NCBI GenBank assembly: GCA_034520665.1 | Contig: JAXHNJ010000001.1 | Span: forward strand, 130,579-194,578 | Length of the DNA: 64,000 nucleotides | Direction of reading: 5' to 3' | Source of the DNA: Patescibacteria group bacterium | GTDB lineage: Bacteria; Patescibacteriota; Patescibacteriia; JAXHNJ01 | Shown: positions 49,454-59,649 of the stretch, in pieces | Layout of the letters: every line of letters begins with the position of its first letter | How positions within the stretch are numbered: position 1 is the first letter of the stretch | The notes under the pieces: generated by a model | The model's input: the letters and a program-made list of their open reading frames with translations, nothing else | Told to the model about the DNA's origin: nothing | The model's database searches: none | Position numbers and translations under genes: made by a program

Positions 49454-50014
49454 ATGTCAGATTTTAAACCTAAATTATTGCTTCATGCCTGCTGTGCTCC
49501 TTGCGCCGCTTATGTTATAGAAAAATTAAATAAAGAATTTGATTTAACAGTTTTTATTTATAATCCGAATATTCACCCTGAGGAAGAATATTTAAAAAGA
49601 GTCGATGAATTGATTAGGTACTGTCAAAAATATCAGATAGATTATATCGAGTATTTTTATGACCAGGAAAACTGGTTTAAAGTGACCAGGGGACTAGAAA
49701 ACGAACCCGAAGGAGGAAAAAGATGTGAGGTTTGTTTTTGGTATCGTTTGGATAAAACGGCTAATTATGCTGATTCTCATGATTATGATTTTTTTGCGAC
49801 CACGCTTTCAATTTCTCCACATAAAAATTCAAAGATTATTAATAAGACCGGTGAAAAATTATCGGATGAATACGGGGTGAGATTTCTCTCAGAGGATTTT
49901 AAAAAGAACGAGGGCTATAAAAAATCTTGTCAATTGTCAAAAAGGCATAATTTTTATCGGCAAAATTATTGCGGCTGTATTTATAGTCTAAAAGAGAGAG
50001 GACTTGAAGAATAA
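49454..50014 (+). CDS. queH: Epoxyqueuosine reductase QueH
   Basis: LLHACCAPC, YNPNIHP, EGGKRC..C, ISPHK, YRQNYCGC. Confidence 0.95.
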   Translation: MSDFKPKLLLHACCAPCAAYVIEKLNKEFDLTVFIYNPNIHPEEEYLKRVDELIRYCQKYQIDYIEYFYDQENWFKVTRGLENEPEGGKRCEVCFWYRLDKTANYADSHDYDFFATTLSISPHKNSKIINKTGEKLSDEYGVRFLSEDFKKNEGYKKSCQLSKRHNFYRQNYCGCIYSLKERGLEE

Positions 50015-50061
50015 GGTTATATTTGCTATTATTTTTATAGAAAATGATTAAATAAATTTAT

Positions 50062-50394
50062 ATGAACCAAGAAAAATGGCAGGAAATAAAAGGGAGGATT
50101 TTGGATGAATTTGAGGTACTGGAAGAAAATAAGGAAGATTTAGGTGATGACCGGCCCGGAGAAAAAGAAATTATAATATTTAAAGGGCCTTTGGGCCGGA
50201 TGAAGCTGGAATTTATCACACATCCAGTGGTTTTAGATAAAAAAGGCATCGGCTCGAAAAGAATTGGCAGCCAGGCCAGAGTGGAGTATATTTATTCAGA
50301 TGACGAATTTGTCCATACTATGAAAGCTTATAAATGGAGTGAAGAAAATGATGATTGGCTGGAAATGGAAGGCAAGGATAGTTTTAAAATTTAA
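50062..50394 (+). CDS. Conserved hypothetical protein
   Basis: 110 aa; F.GPLG.MKLE...P.VLDKK...SKRIGS. Confidence 0.8.
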   Translation: MNQEKWQEIKGRILDEFEVLEENKEDLGDDRPGEKEIIIFKGPLGRMKLEFITHPVVLDKKGIGSKRIGSQARVEYIYSDDEFVHTMKAYKWSEENDDWLEMEGKDSFKI

Positions 50395-50403
50395 TATAAA
50401 CCC

Positions 50404-50727
50404 ATGCAGAAAAAAAGCATTAAAGTTGGTTTATTAACCGGCTTTTTAGAAGTAATTTATATTACTTTAGTAGCTCTTTTTCTCTGGGGTGGCAGCAGTT
50501 GGTTTAATAAAAGCAATAATGTTCTGATATCTATTATCATGCTTTTAATTTTTGTCATTAGTATGGCTGTCTCCGGCTTTTTAGTTTTTGGTTATCCGGT
50601 TTATCTTTTTTTGAAAAAGAAAGATTTTAAAGAAGCCGCTCTAACCAGCGCTCTGAGTGTTTTAGTGATAGTTATTTCTTTAATCTTATTTTTATCAATA
50701 TATTTTTTAAATTATTCTAGTTGTTAA
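50404..50727 (+). CDS. Three-TM membrane protein
   Basis: 107 aa; YI.LVA and LVFGYP. Confidence 0.75.
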   Translation: MQKKSIKVGLLTGFLEVIYITLVALFLWGGSSWFNKSNNVLISIIMLLIFVISMAVSGFLVFGYPVYLFLKKKDFKEAALTSALSVLVIVISLILFLSIYFLNYSSC

Positions 50728-50745
50728 TTATTAAATTTTAAAAAA

Positions 50746-51516
50746 ATGAAAAAAACAATTATTATTTTCAGCCTAGTGCTGATTTTAACGCCGCTCGTAG
50801 CCAAAGGGCAAACTCTTAACCTTTCTGAGTTAATTGATGAAATAGGCGATGTGACTGGTGAAAACCTTGGGCTTTTGCCAGACTCTTTCTTTTATCCGGT
50901 TAAAACCTGGTGGGAAGAGGTAAGACTTTTCTTTGCCTTCAGTGACGAAAAAAAGGCTGATCTGGAGCTGAATTTTGCCAACCGAAGGTTATTGGAGTTA
51001 AAAAAACTTTGTGAAGAAAAAGATAAGTGTGATCTGGCTGAAAAACTGGTGCCTAAATTCCAAAACCGCCTTGAAAGATCAATACAAAAACTGGAAAAAG
51101 CCAGTGAAAAAGGAAAAGACTTGGAAGAAATGGCAGAGAAATTAAAAGAAAATCAGGAAAAACAACAGGCTGTACTGGAATCACTTTACGATAAAGTGCC
51201 GGAACAAGCTAAGGAAAATATTTTAGAGGCCATGGAAAAATCGTCTAAGGGACTTTCTAATGCCATTGAGAAAGTTCAAAATTCAGAAGAAGCCGAACAG
51301 TTTGAGAACAATATTCGCAATCAGGCAGAGAACTATGGTGAAGAGGTAAAATTAAAAATTAAAGAAAGATTAAATTTTAATAAAGATGAAGAAACAAAAA
51401 ATACAAAGGCTAACCAAAATCAAAATATGAATCAAAATCAGAACATGAACCAGAATCAAAATATGAATGTAAATAGCCCGGGTCAGGCTGAAGCTAATCA
51501 AGCTGGACAAAATTAA
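50746..51516 (+). CDS. DUF5667-domain secreted helical protein
   Basis: GLLPDSFFYPVK.WWE, A.RRLLE; NQNQNM x3 at 51412-51465. Confidence 0.85.
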   Translation: MKKTIIIFSLVLILTPLVAKGQTLNLSELIDEIGDVTGENLGLLPDSFFYPVKTWWEEVRLFFAFSDEKKADLELNFANRRLLELKKLCEEKDKCDLAEKLVPKFQNRLERSIQKLEKASEKGKDLEEMAEKLKENQEKQQAVLESLYDKVPEQAKENILEAMEKSSKGLSNAIEKVQNSEEAEQFENNIRNQAENYGEEVKLKIKERLNFNKDEETKNTKANQNQNMNQNQNMNQNQNMNVNSPGQAEANQAGQN

Positions 51517-51567
51517 TATATACAAAAAAAGAACTGGTCGGATAAATCAGTTCTTTTTTTTATTAAT

Positions 51568-51960
51568 CTATTTTATAACAAAGTCAAAAATAATGCCGAG
51601 AATAAAGGCCAGGCCAGACAAAGCAAAAATAGCATAATAATTATATTTAGCTTTGCTGGAAGAAAGAGTTTTAAAAATGTAGCGCATAATGGCTTTATCT
51701 TTTTCTGAAAGCTCTTTGACTTGATCGACTTTTTGCACCATATTATTATCCTCAATCAAGCGGTCTCTTTTTTCAGCAATCTGGTAGCGGTGAATAAAAT
51801 AAATAACAAAACCAATAGTGCCGATATACCAGGAAATTTTAACCCAGAAAGAAGAGTAGAAATTAAGAATAATAATAATGCGGTAAGCTACGGTGGCCAC
51901 TATACCGGTCCAGAAATAAAACTCGCGCATAAATTTAGGGCTGGCTTTTGGTTGTTTCAT
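51568..51960 (-). CDS. Hypothetical membrane protein
   Basis: 130 aa, 3 TMs, 6 nt downstream of the ATPase. Confidence 0.75.
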   Translation of the reverse strand: MKQPKASPKFMREFYFWTGIVATVAYRIIIILNFYSSFWVKISWYIGTIGFVIYFIHRYQIAEKRDRLIEDNNMVQKVDQVKELSEKDKAIMRYIFKTLSSSKAKYNYYAIFALSGLAFILGIIFDFVIK

Positions 51961-51966
51961 ATATTT

Positions 51967-54675
51967 TTACCATGAAAGACATTTTTTTATAAAACGATTT
52001 CCTTTTCTTAAAAGTTTTTTTCTTAATTCATCACCAATAAATATGACTAGAGCAAAAGGCAGACTGATGATAAGAATTCTAAATTCAACCGACGTAGTAC
52101 CAAAAAGTTTATTAGCCGGCGGGAAATAAAGAATAATACTTATTAGAATTATTTCAGATAAAATTCCCAGTAAAACTACTTTGTTGGTAAAAAAACCTTT
52201 TTTAAAGATAGATTCTTTTTTGGTGCGGCATATCATAACATTAGCAATCTGGCAAATAATGATAGGAGCAAAAAAAGCACTAACGGCCTTGATGTATAAA
52301 GGGTCATTAATAGCTAGTTCCTGACCCCATTGCCAGCCACCTGTATAGAGAACATAAAAGTAAGTAGTAAAGCCAGCAGCCGCTTCAATTGGACCAACAA
52401 TACCGTAAGAGCGGAAAAGCATTTTCCAGGTCATCAAGGGTTCTTTTCTTGAGCGAGGTTTTCTTTTCATAATGTCATCTTCTGGCTCTTCATAACCAAT
52501 ACCAAGCGCTGGTATAAGATCTGTGCCTAAATCAATGGATAAAATTAAGATTACGGTTAAAGGCAAAGGAATACCTAAAATGGCAAAAGCAATAAAAGGC
52601 AGGATTTCAGGGATATTACTGGTTAAAATATAAACGATAAATTTTTTAATATTATCATAAATTGTACGGCCCTGCTCAATAGCTGATACAATAGTAGCGA
52701 AATTATCATCCATTAAAACCATATTACTAGCTTCTTTAGCCACGTCAGTACCAATAATCCCCATACTAACCCCAATATCAGCATTTTTAAGGGCTGGGGC
52801 ATCATTAACTCCGTCTCCGGTTACTGCTACGGTGTGTCCCATTGATTTTAAAGTTTTAACTATTCTCAATTTTTGAAAAGGATTGGTACGAGCAAAAATG
52901 ATATTATTTTTGCTCAAAACATCTTTTAAAGCGTCTTTATTCATTTTAATTAAATCTTTTCCGGTTATTACAATATCGTTATTTTTGTCTTTGATTATTC
53001 CAACCTGTTTAGCTATAGATTCAGCTGTTTGAGCCGCATCACCAGTTATCATAATAACTTTGATTCCGGCTTGTCGGCATTTTTTTATAGCCGCTTTTAC
53101 TTCTTGGCGTGGAGGATCATACATGCCGATTAAAGAAGTAAAAATAAAATTCTTAGATGGTTTATCATTTTTTATATCACTATAAGCCAAAGCAATTATT
53201 CTTTCACCACGAGAAGCTAATTTATTGTAATATTCAGTAACTTTATCTTTTTCGTTTTTGGTAAATTTTTTGACTTTACCTTTGACTAAAATACGGTTAC
53301 ACATTTTTATAACTACTTCAGGAGCTCCTTTAAGATAAGCGCTTTGTTTACTATCTGATTTTGAAAAATAAGTAGTAATCATTCTCTTTTTTTTGGAATC
53401 AAATGGTGATTCATTAATTCTTTTATTTTTATAATATATTTTAGTAATATTTGTGTTTTGGTAAGCAAATAAGAGCAAGGCTCCATCAGTAGGGTCGCCT
53501 TTATAGGTTTTACAATCAGAATTTAAACGAGAATTATTACACAAGGTGGATATTTTTAATATCTTATTCAGGCCAGCTTCATCTTTATAATCGTTTCCAC
53601 GGCAATCAAATTCTTCAAAGTTAAAATAAAGTGTTTTTACAGACATTTTATTTTCTGTTAAGGTACCTGTTTTGTCAGTGCAAATAGCAGTAGTTGAGCC
53701 TAAAGTTTCTACTGATTCCAAGTCTTTAACTAAGGCTTTTTTCTTAGCCATTTTTTTTGAAGTAACACTTAAACCCAAAGTAACAGTGGGTAAAAGTCCT
53801 TCAGGCACATTAGCTACAATAATACCAATAGCAAAAATTAAACTACCCATAAGGTGCTTGCCCATAACTATACTGATTATACCAAAAATTACTCCGAGAA
53901 AAATTGCAATAACAGAAATTATTTTTATAAAATGATTAAGCTGTTTTCTGATAGGCGTTTCTCCAAATTTTGTGGTTTTACTTAAGTCAGCAATACGGCC
54001 AATTTGGGTAGTCATGCCAGTTTCATAAACTATGGCTTTAGCTGTACCGGTTTGCACCAAAGTTCCGGAAAAAATCATATTACGAGATTCTAAAATATTT
54101 TCACTAGTACATGCCAGTTTTCTTAATTGTGGTTCTGACTCGCCAGTTAGAGCGGAATGGTTAACTTTTAAACCGTAGAATTCAATAATACGGGCATCAG
54201 CCGGAATTTTATCACCTTCTTTTAGAGATATAATATCTCCTGGAACTAATTGGTCAGCGGTAATTTCTTTTTTACTATTATTTCTGATAACATCTATATG
54301 GGTGGGTAGCATATCAATAAAACTTTCCATTATTTTTTCGGCTTTGTGCTCCTGATAGTATGAAAAAAAGGCGTTGAGAATAACAACACCGATTAGGGCT
54401 ATGCCAATATATAGATTTCCTTCGCCGGGATAGATAGATTCACTTATAAAAGCTAAAATAGAGCCGATCCAAAGAAGTATAGCAAAAAAATTAAAAAGGT
54501 GTTTAAGAAATTTTATAATTTCCGGTACGCCTTTTTTTAATTCTAATATATTTGACCCGTATCTTTTTAATCTTTTATTAGCTTCTTTTTCAGTGAGGCC
54601 TTTTTCAGAAGTTTTTAAGCGTTTATATAGTTCTTCTATTTTTATTTTGTGCTCATCTCTTTTTCTTTTATCCAT
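51967..54675 (-). CDS. P-type cation-transporting ATPase, P2C (Na+/K+- or H+/K+-like)
   Basis: TGES, GIIVANVPEGLL, DKTGTLT, KGAPE, TGDGVND, YILTSNIPEI, ILSIDLGTD. Confidence 0.93.
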   Translation of the reverse strand: MDKRKRDEHKIKIEELYKRLKTSEKGLTEKEANKRLKRYGSNILELKKGVPEIIKFLKHLFNFFAILLWIGSILAFISESIYPGEGNLYIGIALIGVVILNAFFSYYQEHKAEKIMESFIDMLPTHIDVIRNNSKKEITADQLVPGDIISLKEGDKIPADARIIEFYGLKVNHSALTGESEPQLRKLACTSENILESRNMIFSGTLVQTGTAKAIVYETGMTTQIGRIADLSKTTKFGETPIRKQLNHFIKIISVIAIFLGVIFGIISIVMGKHLMGSLIFAIGIIVANVPEGLLPTVTLGLSVTSKKMAKKKALVKDLESVETLGSTTAICTDKTGTLTENKMSVKTLYFNFEEFDCRGNDYKDEAGLNKILKISTLCNNSRLNSDCKTYKGDPTDGALLLFAYQNTNITKIYYKNKRINESPFDSKKKRMITTYFSKSDSKQSAYLKGAPEVVIKMCNRILVKGKVKKFTKNEKDKVTEYYNKLASRGERIIALAYSDIKNDKPSKNFIFTSLIGMYDPPRQEVKAAIKKCRQAGIKVIMITGDAAQTAESIAKQVGIIKDKNNDIVITGKDLIKMNKDALKDVLSKNNIIFARTNPFQKLRIVKTLKSMGHTVAVTGDGVNDAPALKNADIGVSMGIIGTDVAKEASNMVLMDDNFATIVSAIEQGRTIYDNIKKFIVYILTSNIPEILPFIAFAILGIPLPLTVILILSIDLGTDLIPALGIGYEEPEDDIMKRKPRSRKEPLMTWKMLFRSYGIVGPIEAAAGFTTYFYVLYTGGWQWGQELAINDPLYIKAVSAFFAPIIICQIANVMICRTKKESIFKKGFFTNKVVLLGILSEIILISIILYFPPANKLFGTTSVEFRILIISLPFALVIFIGDELRKKLLRKGNRFIKKCLSW

Positions 54676-54826
54676 ATATAAATAATACTAAAAAGTTTAA
54701 AATTAGGCAAATTTTATTAGTTTTTTCTTTTAAATTGTTTTATAATTAAATAGAAACTTAATCAATATTTGTGATTAGTCATATAATTCAAATCTCAACT
54801 TACTAATTATCAATCACCTAAAGAAA

Positions 54827-55855
54827 ATGACTGGTTATATCTTAGAAAAAATTTATTTTGAGCACCAGGCTGGGGTAAACCATCCGGAGAGCCCAGCTCG
54901 GCTTGAAGCCATTCTAGAAGCGATTAAAAAAGTTAAGGGGCTGAAAAAAGTCAAAGCCCGGGCCGCTAGTCCCGAAGAAATTTGTTTTGTTCACACAAAG
55001 GATTATTTTGATAAAATAAAAATTACGCGGGAAAATAAATTTACTTCACTTGATCCGGATACAGGCACTAATGATAAATCATTTGAAGCGGCTCTTTATG
55101 CGGCTGGCGGAGTATTGAGTTTGATTGATTCAGTTTTTAAAAAAGAAATTGACAATGGCTTTGCTTTTGTCCGGCCGCCGGGCCATCACGCCGAGAAAGA
55201 CCGGGCCCGGGGTTTTTGCCTGTTTAATAATATTGCCATTGGCGCTTCTTATGCTTTGGAGAGGTATAATTTAAGCCGGATATTAATACTGGACTTGGAT
55301 TTGCATCACGGTAACGGCACCCAGCAGGCTTTTTATAAGACTGATAAAGTCATGTATATTTCAGCCCATCAATACCCTTATTTTCCGGGTAGTGGTTATT
55401 TTGATGAAGTTGGAGAGAGTAAAGGGAAGGGCTATAATATTAATTTTCCCTTGAATATTGGCCAGGGGGATAATTTTTATCATCATCTTTTAGATAGAAT
55501 TATTAAACCAATAGTTAATCAATATGCTCCAGAATTAATTCTAGTTTCTTTTGGCTTTGATACTTACGGGGGTGATCCATTAGGTGGTATGAAATTAACA
55601 ACTAAGGGTTATAGAAATATGACCAGACAAATCTTAGAAATGGCGGATGAAAATTGCCAGGGCAGATTAATTTATATTTTAGAAGGTGGCTATAATAAAG
55701 AGGGTATTAAAGAAGGGACCAAAGCAGTCTTACAAAGTTTAAAAGGAAAGCCAGTTAAAGAGGGAATTTCAAAGCAGCAAAAGAATAAAGAATTTTGGCA
55801 ATATTATGAGGAAATCAAAAAATATTACGAAAAATACGGCTTTAATATTTGTTGA
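54827..55855 (+). CDS. Histone deacetylase family (Zn-dependent) amidohydrolase
   Basis: HPE.P.R, RPPGHHA, GFC.FNN, DLDLHHGNGTQ, GFD, EGGY. Confidence 0.95.
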   Translation: MTGYILEKIYFEHQAGVNHPESPARLEAILEAIKKVKGLKKVKARAASPEEICFVHTKDYFDKIKITRENKFTSLDPDTGTNDKSFEAALYAAGGVLSLIDSVFKKEIDNGFAFVRPPGHHAEKDRARGFCLFNNIAIGASYALERYNLSRILILDLDLHHGNGTQQAFYKTDKVMYISAHQYPYFPGSGYFDEVGESKGKGYNINFPLNIGQGDNFYHHLLDRIIKPIVNQYAPELILVSFGFDTYGGDPLGGMKLTTKGYRNMTRQILEMADENCQGRLIYILEGGYNKEGIKEGTKAVLQSLKGKPVKEGISKQQKNKEFWQYYEEIKKYYEKYGFNIC

Positions 55856-55901
55856 ATAGCCGGAAAATTAGTATAATAAAATAATAATCTTAATTTTTAT
55901 T

Positions 55902-56324
55902 ATGAAAAAAACATTATTTTTAGTTTTGGTATTAGCTCTTATTTTAGTTCTTCCGGGCTGTGTTCAACCTAATAAAAAAGGCCAGTATACTGAATTTATC
56001 CGGCGAGAGGGGAGTCTGGCTAGTGAAAATGATATTATTGACAATAGCGTGCCTGTTTATGGAGTTTTTCCTTCTGAAATTTCTGTCAAGGGTGAGGAAA
56101 GAATTAGAATATATGGAGCTAATTTTGAGGCAAATTCTAAAGCTTTTATTAATCGACCGCAATTTACTCTTGAAACTATTTATTTAAACCCCGGACTTTT
56201 GGAAGTTTGGATGCCGTCTTATCATCAAGGTATGTATAAATTGGGGGTAGTAAATCAAGACGGAACATACGGATATTGGTCAAGATTATTTAGGTATCTA
56301 AAAGAAGATGAAGGCAGTAATTAG
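55902..56324 (+). CDS. Putative lipoprotein with IPT/TIG-like domain
   Basis: LPGC lipobox; P...G...I.IYG.NF and V.N.DG. Confidence 0.7.
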   Translation: MKKTLFLVLVLALILVLPGCVQPNKKGQYTEFIRREGSLASENDIIDNSVPVYGVFPSEISVKGEERIRIYGANFEANSKAFINRPQFTLETIYLNPGLLEVWMPSYHQGMYKLGVVNQDGTYGYWSRLFRYLKEDEGSN

Positions 56325-57207
56325 AGTAGAAAATTTAACCAAAACTTTTAATCGCGGCCAAATTAGAGCGGTTGATAATCTTAATTTAGAAGTATTTCAA
56401 GGAGAAATATTTGGTTTTTTAGGACCCAATGGCGCTGGCAAGACCACTACTATTAGGATTCTAATGGATTTTATTTCACCGACCTCAGGCCGTGCTAGCA
56501 TTTTTGGTATGGATTGCCAAAAACAGGGATTGAAAATAAAAAAAGATATTGGTTATTTGGCTGGTGATGTTAAGCTTTATGAAAAATATGACGGCTGGTA
56601 CCTGACTAAATTTTTGGCTAACTTAAACGGCGGCCTGTATAAAAAATGGGTAGAGGAACTGGTCCAACGTTTAGAAATTGATATGGACCGAAAGATTGAC
56701 GATTTATCCAAGGGCAATAAACAAAAAATGGGTCTTTTACAAGCCTTATCTCAAAAGCCTAAACTTTTAATTTTAGATGAACCAACTGGCGGACTAGATC
56801 CTTTAATGCAAATTGAGTTTTATAAAATTGTTAAAGAAATGAAAAAAGAGGGGACCACTATATTTATGTCCTCACATGTATTATCGGAAGTAGAAAAGAT
56901 CTGTGATCGAGCCGCTATATTAAAAGATGGCAAACTGGCGGCTGTTAAGAGTGTAGAGGAATTGGGCAAGGCTAAAACCAGGAGGGTTAATTTATATTTT
57001 AAAGATAAATACAATTTAAATGATTTTAAGCTGGATAAAATTGAAATTAAACATCAGAGCGAGAAGCACTTGCAGCTAGTTATTCACGGCGATATAAATC
57101 CTTTAATTAATGTTTTAAATAAATATCAGCTTCAGGATATCACCTTTAATGAAGCTGATTTGGAAGAAGTTTTTTTAAAGTTTTATCAAAGAGAAGAAAA
57201 AAAATGA
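56308..57207 (+). CDS. ABC transporter ATP-binding protein
   Basis: GPNGAGKTT, LSKGN, LILDEP, SSH. Confidence 0.96.
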   Translation: MKAVIRVENLTKTFNRGQIRAVDNLNLEVFQGEIFGFLGPNGAGKTTTIRILMDFISPTSGRASIFGMDCQKQGLKIKKDIGYLAGDVKLYEKYDGWYLTKFLANLNGGLYKKWVEELVQRLEIDMDRKIDDLSKGNKQKMGLLQALSQKPKLLILDEPTGGLDPLMQIEFYKIVKEMKKEGTTIFMSSHVLSEVEKICDRAAILKDGKLAAVKSVEELGKAKTRRVNLYFKDKYNLNDFKLDKIEIKHQSEKHLQLVIHGDINPLINVLNKYQLQDITFNEADLEEVFLKFYQREEKK

Positions 57208-58013
57208 TAACTCTAATAAAAAAGGTATTAAAGGACAATAAAAGAAGCCTAATTGGCTATGGTCTCGGGCTTTTAATTTACAGTTTATTAATGGCCGCTA
57301 TTTATCCCACCTTTGTAAAATCTGGTTTTGATATTGAGGGCTATATTGAAAATTTTCCCGAAGCTTTTATGAAAGCCTTTGGCATAAACCTCGAGGGCGG
57401 CTTTAGTTTTACCAGTTATATTGGTATGGAATATCTGAATTTAATGTGGATTATTATTGTCTTATTTTTCATTGTTTATTTTGCCGCGCGTATAATTGCC
57501 TCGACTGTGGATGACGGTACTATTGAGCTTTTATTATCACGACCCATTAGTCGGATAAAAGTAGCTTTAAGTTATATTATTGTTTTTATTTTAGGGGTTA
57601 TAATTTTGGAGGGTGTAACTATTCTTGGCTTTTGGTTACCGACTTTTTGGGAGGAAACCTTGATTATTGAGTGGGGCAATTTGATCAATACTATGTTCAT
57701 GCTGCTTTTATTTTCGTTGGCTATTTTCGGTTATTCATTTTTCTTTTCTTCTCTTTTTTCTTCTAAAGGTAAAGTTATTGGTTTTGGGGCCGGGTTGACC
57801 TTGGCATTTTATGTTATGAATTTTGTCGCTTTGTACTGGGAAAGCGTGGCCTGGTTAAAGCACTTTACTTTATTTTATTATTACCGGGGCGCTGATTTAT
57901 TATCCGGTCAGTCAATTATATTAACCGACGCTTTGGTTTTTCTGGGAGTTTTTCTAGTCTTTACTTTAGGTGGATTGTGGTATTTTAAGCAAAGGGATAT
58001 TTGTGTTAAATAA
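57204..58013 (+). CDS. ABC-2 type permease
   Basis: 6 TMs; GTIELLLSRPISR; F..RD at the C-terminus. Confidence 0.92.
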   Translation: MITLIKKVLKDNKRSLIGYGLGLLIYSLLMAAIYPTFVKSGFDIEGYIENFPEAFMKAFGINLEGGFSFTSYIGMEYLNLMWIIIVLFFIVYFAARIIASTVDDGTIELLLSRPISRIKVALSYIIVFILGVIILEGVTILGFWLPTFWEETLIIEWGNLINTMFMLLLFSLAIFGYSFFFSSLFSSKGKVIGFGAGLTLAFYVMNFVALYWESVAWLKHFTLFYYYRGADLLSGQSIILTDALVFLGVFLVFTLGGLWYFKQRDICVK

Positions 58014-58090
58014 GAATATTTAAATAAATAATTGAATGAAAAGAAACCGCTGAATCGGCTTTAAAAAAGTATTTAAAAAAAATAGTTATA

Positions 58091-58440
58091 TTTCTTAACC
58101 ACTTTCCTGCCCGACAACGGCTTCGCCGTTAGGCGAAGACAGGCGGGAGTGGCGTACTGTAGTAATCCTTAACAAAGAACCTTGTTCACAAATTCAATCA
58201 TACGCGACTAAAGTCGCTAGGAAATATCTTATAGTATTTCTTTATAGAATTTCTTAGCCACTTCAGTGGCGTACTGTAGTAATCCTTAGCAAAAAAATAC
58301 CTTGTTCACAAATTCAATCATACGCGACTAAAGTCGCTAGGAAATATCTTATAGTATTTCTTTATAGAATTTCTTAGCCACTTTCCTGCCCGACAACGGC
58401 TTCGCCGTTAGGCGAAGACAGGCGGGAGTGGCGTACTGTA
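58091..58440. repeat. REP array (alternating inverted REPs, ~120-bp unit) upstream of a RAYT
   Basis: GCCACTTCAGTGGCGTA alternates with TACGCGACTAAAGTCGC; two copies carry a 43-nt loop insertion. Confidence 0.9.
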
Positions 58441-58477
58441 ATTTAAATAAATAATATTAAAATTAATTTAAATTATC

Positions 58478-59014
58478 ATGTCTAGATATTTTGTCGATAA
58501 ATCATATTATTTTGTTACTGTACCAACAAATAAAAGGTATCACTTCTTTAATAGTAATACTAAAAAGAAAATAATTCTGGATCAGATAAACAGAGTATGT
58601 AATGCTTATAATTTAAAAGAATTTAATTTTGGTATTATCTCTAATCATTACCATTTTGTGGCTTATTTTAAAGAAGGAAGTATTATGCCAAAAATATTAA
58701 AGCAAATTAATGGTCGAAGTTCTTATGAATTAAATAAATTGACTGATAATAAGAAAGAAGTGTGGGGAGAATATTACATATATTTAATTGAAGATGATGT
58801 TTTGTTAGCAAAAGCACTCGGTTATGTAGTGGGCAATCCTTTAAAGCATAAAGAAATTAAATCGTTTAAAGAATTAGAAAAATATCCTTTTTCCAGTTAT
58901 AAATCACTTATTAAAAGAATGGATAAAAAGGATGTTAATCAATATATCCGATCTGTTATTAATATAAGGGAAAATGATTTTACCGCAAGTAATTTTAAAG
59001 TTAGATGTGAATAA
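58478..59014 (+). mobile_element. REP-associated tyrosine (Y1/HUH) transposase
   Basis: YFVT, NHYH, W, YVVGNP, YPFSS. Confidence 0.85.
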
Positions 59015-59023
59015 ATTTATGAT

Positions 59024-59256
59024 GAAATATCTTATAGTATTTCTTAGCCACTTCAGTGGCGTACTGCTATTTCGCAAGCAAGGTTTATACTTTATAATTA
59101 TATTCAGGACAACGCGACTAAAGTCGCTAGGAAATATCTTATAGTATTTCTTTATAGTATTTCTTAGCCATTTCAGTGGCGTACTGTAGTAATCCTTAGC
59201 AAAAAAATACCTTACTCACAAATTCAATCATACGCGACTAAAGTGGTTAGGAAATA
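59024..59256. repeat. REP array downstream of the RAYT
   Basis: Four more REPs of the same family with the same linkers. Confidence 0.9.
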
Positions 59257-59475
59257 TTAGGAAATTAAACCGGATTATATTATTTCTGATTTAAGAAAAG
59301 TTTTAAGAGAGTTGAATTTATAAAAAAATTAATTATCATTTGTTTAAAGCCTTAATTTTGCCTTTTTAGGCGGTTTTATGGTAGAATATCATTAAATAGC
59401 CCTAAAGTAGGGATTATCCACATTATTGAAAACATTAATAATTAGCTAATATAAGCAAAGAAAGGAGGTGTCATC

Positions 59476-59649
59476 ATGGCAAATCTCGTAGTTGGTTCAA
59501 AAGTTAAAGAAGCTATTAAAGCTAAAGGCTGTCATACTTCTGGCGAATTAATTGATGCTTTAGATCAAAAAGTAGCTTCCTTATTAAATGATGCTTGTGA
59601 ACGTACACAAGCTAACAAAAGAAGCACTGTTAAACCTCAAGATCTCTAA
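59476..59649 (+). CDS. Bacterial histone-fold protein (57 aa; absent from the ORF track)
   Basis: MANLVVGSKVKEAIKAKGCHTSGELIDALDQKVASLLNDACERTQANKRSTVKPQDL; AAGGAGGT SD; C-terminal R-x-T-V-x-x-x-D histone motif. Confidence 0.9.
   Translation: MANLVVGSKVKEAIKAKGCHTSGELIDALDQKVASLLNDACERTQANKRSTVKPQDL

Noticed and set aside
51412-51465. NQNQNM x3 repeat as a contingency locus
   Set aside because: Synonymous differences between units point to an old low-complexity protein tail, not an active slippage tract.
5553-55855. Alternative genetic code (TGA reassigned, as in Gracilibacteria)
   Set aside because: Conserved proteins are uninterrupted under code 11, and TGA ends genes at expected positions (5555, 28153, 34773, 55855).
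58091-59256. Possible CRISPR array
   Set aside because: Repeats alternate in orientation, the linkers are themselves repeated rather than unique, they flank a Y1 transposase, and no cas genes are present. This is a REP array.
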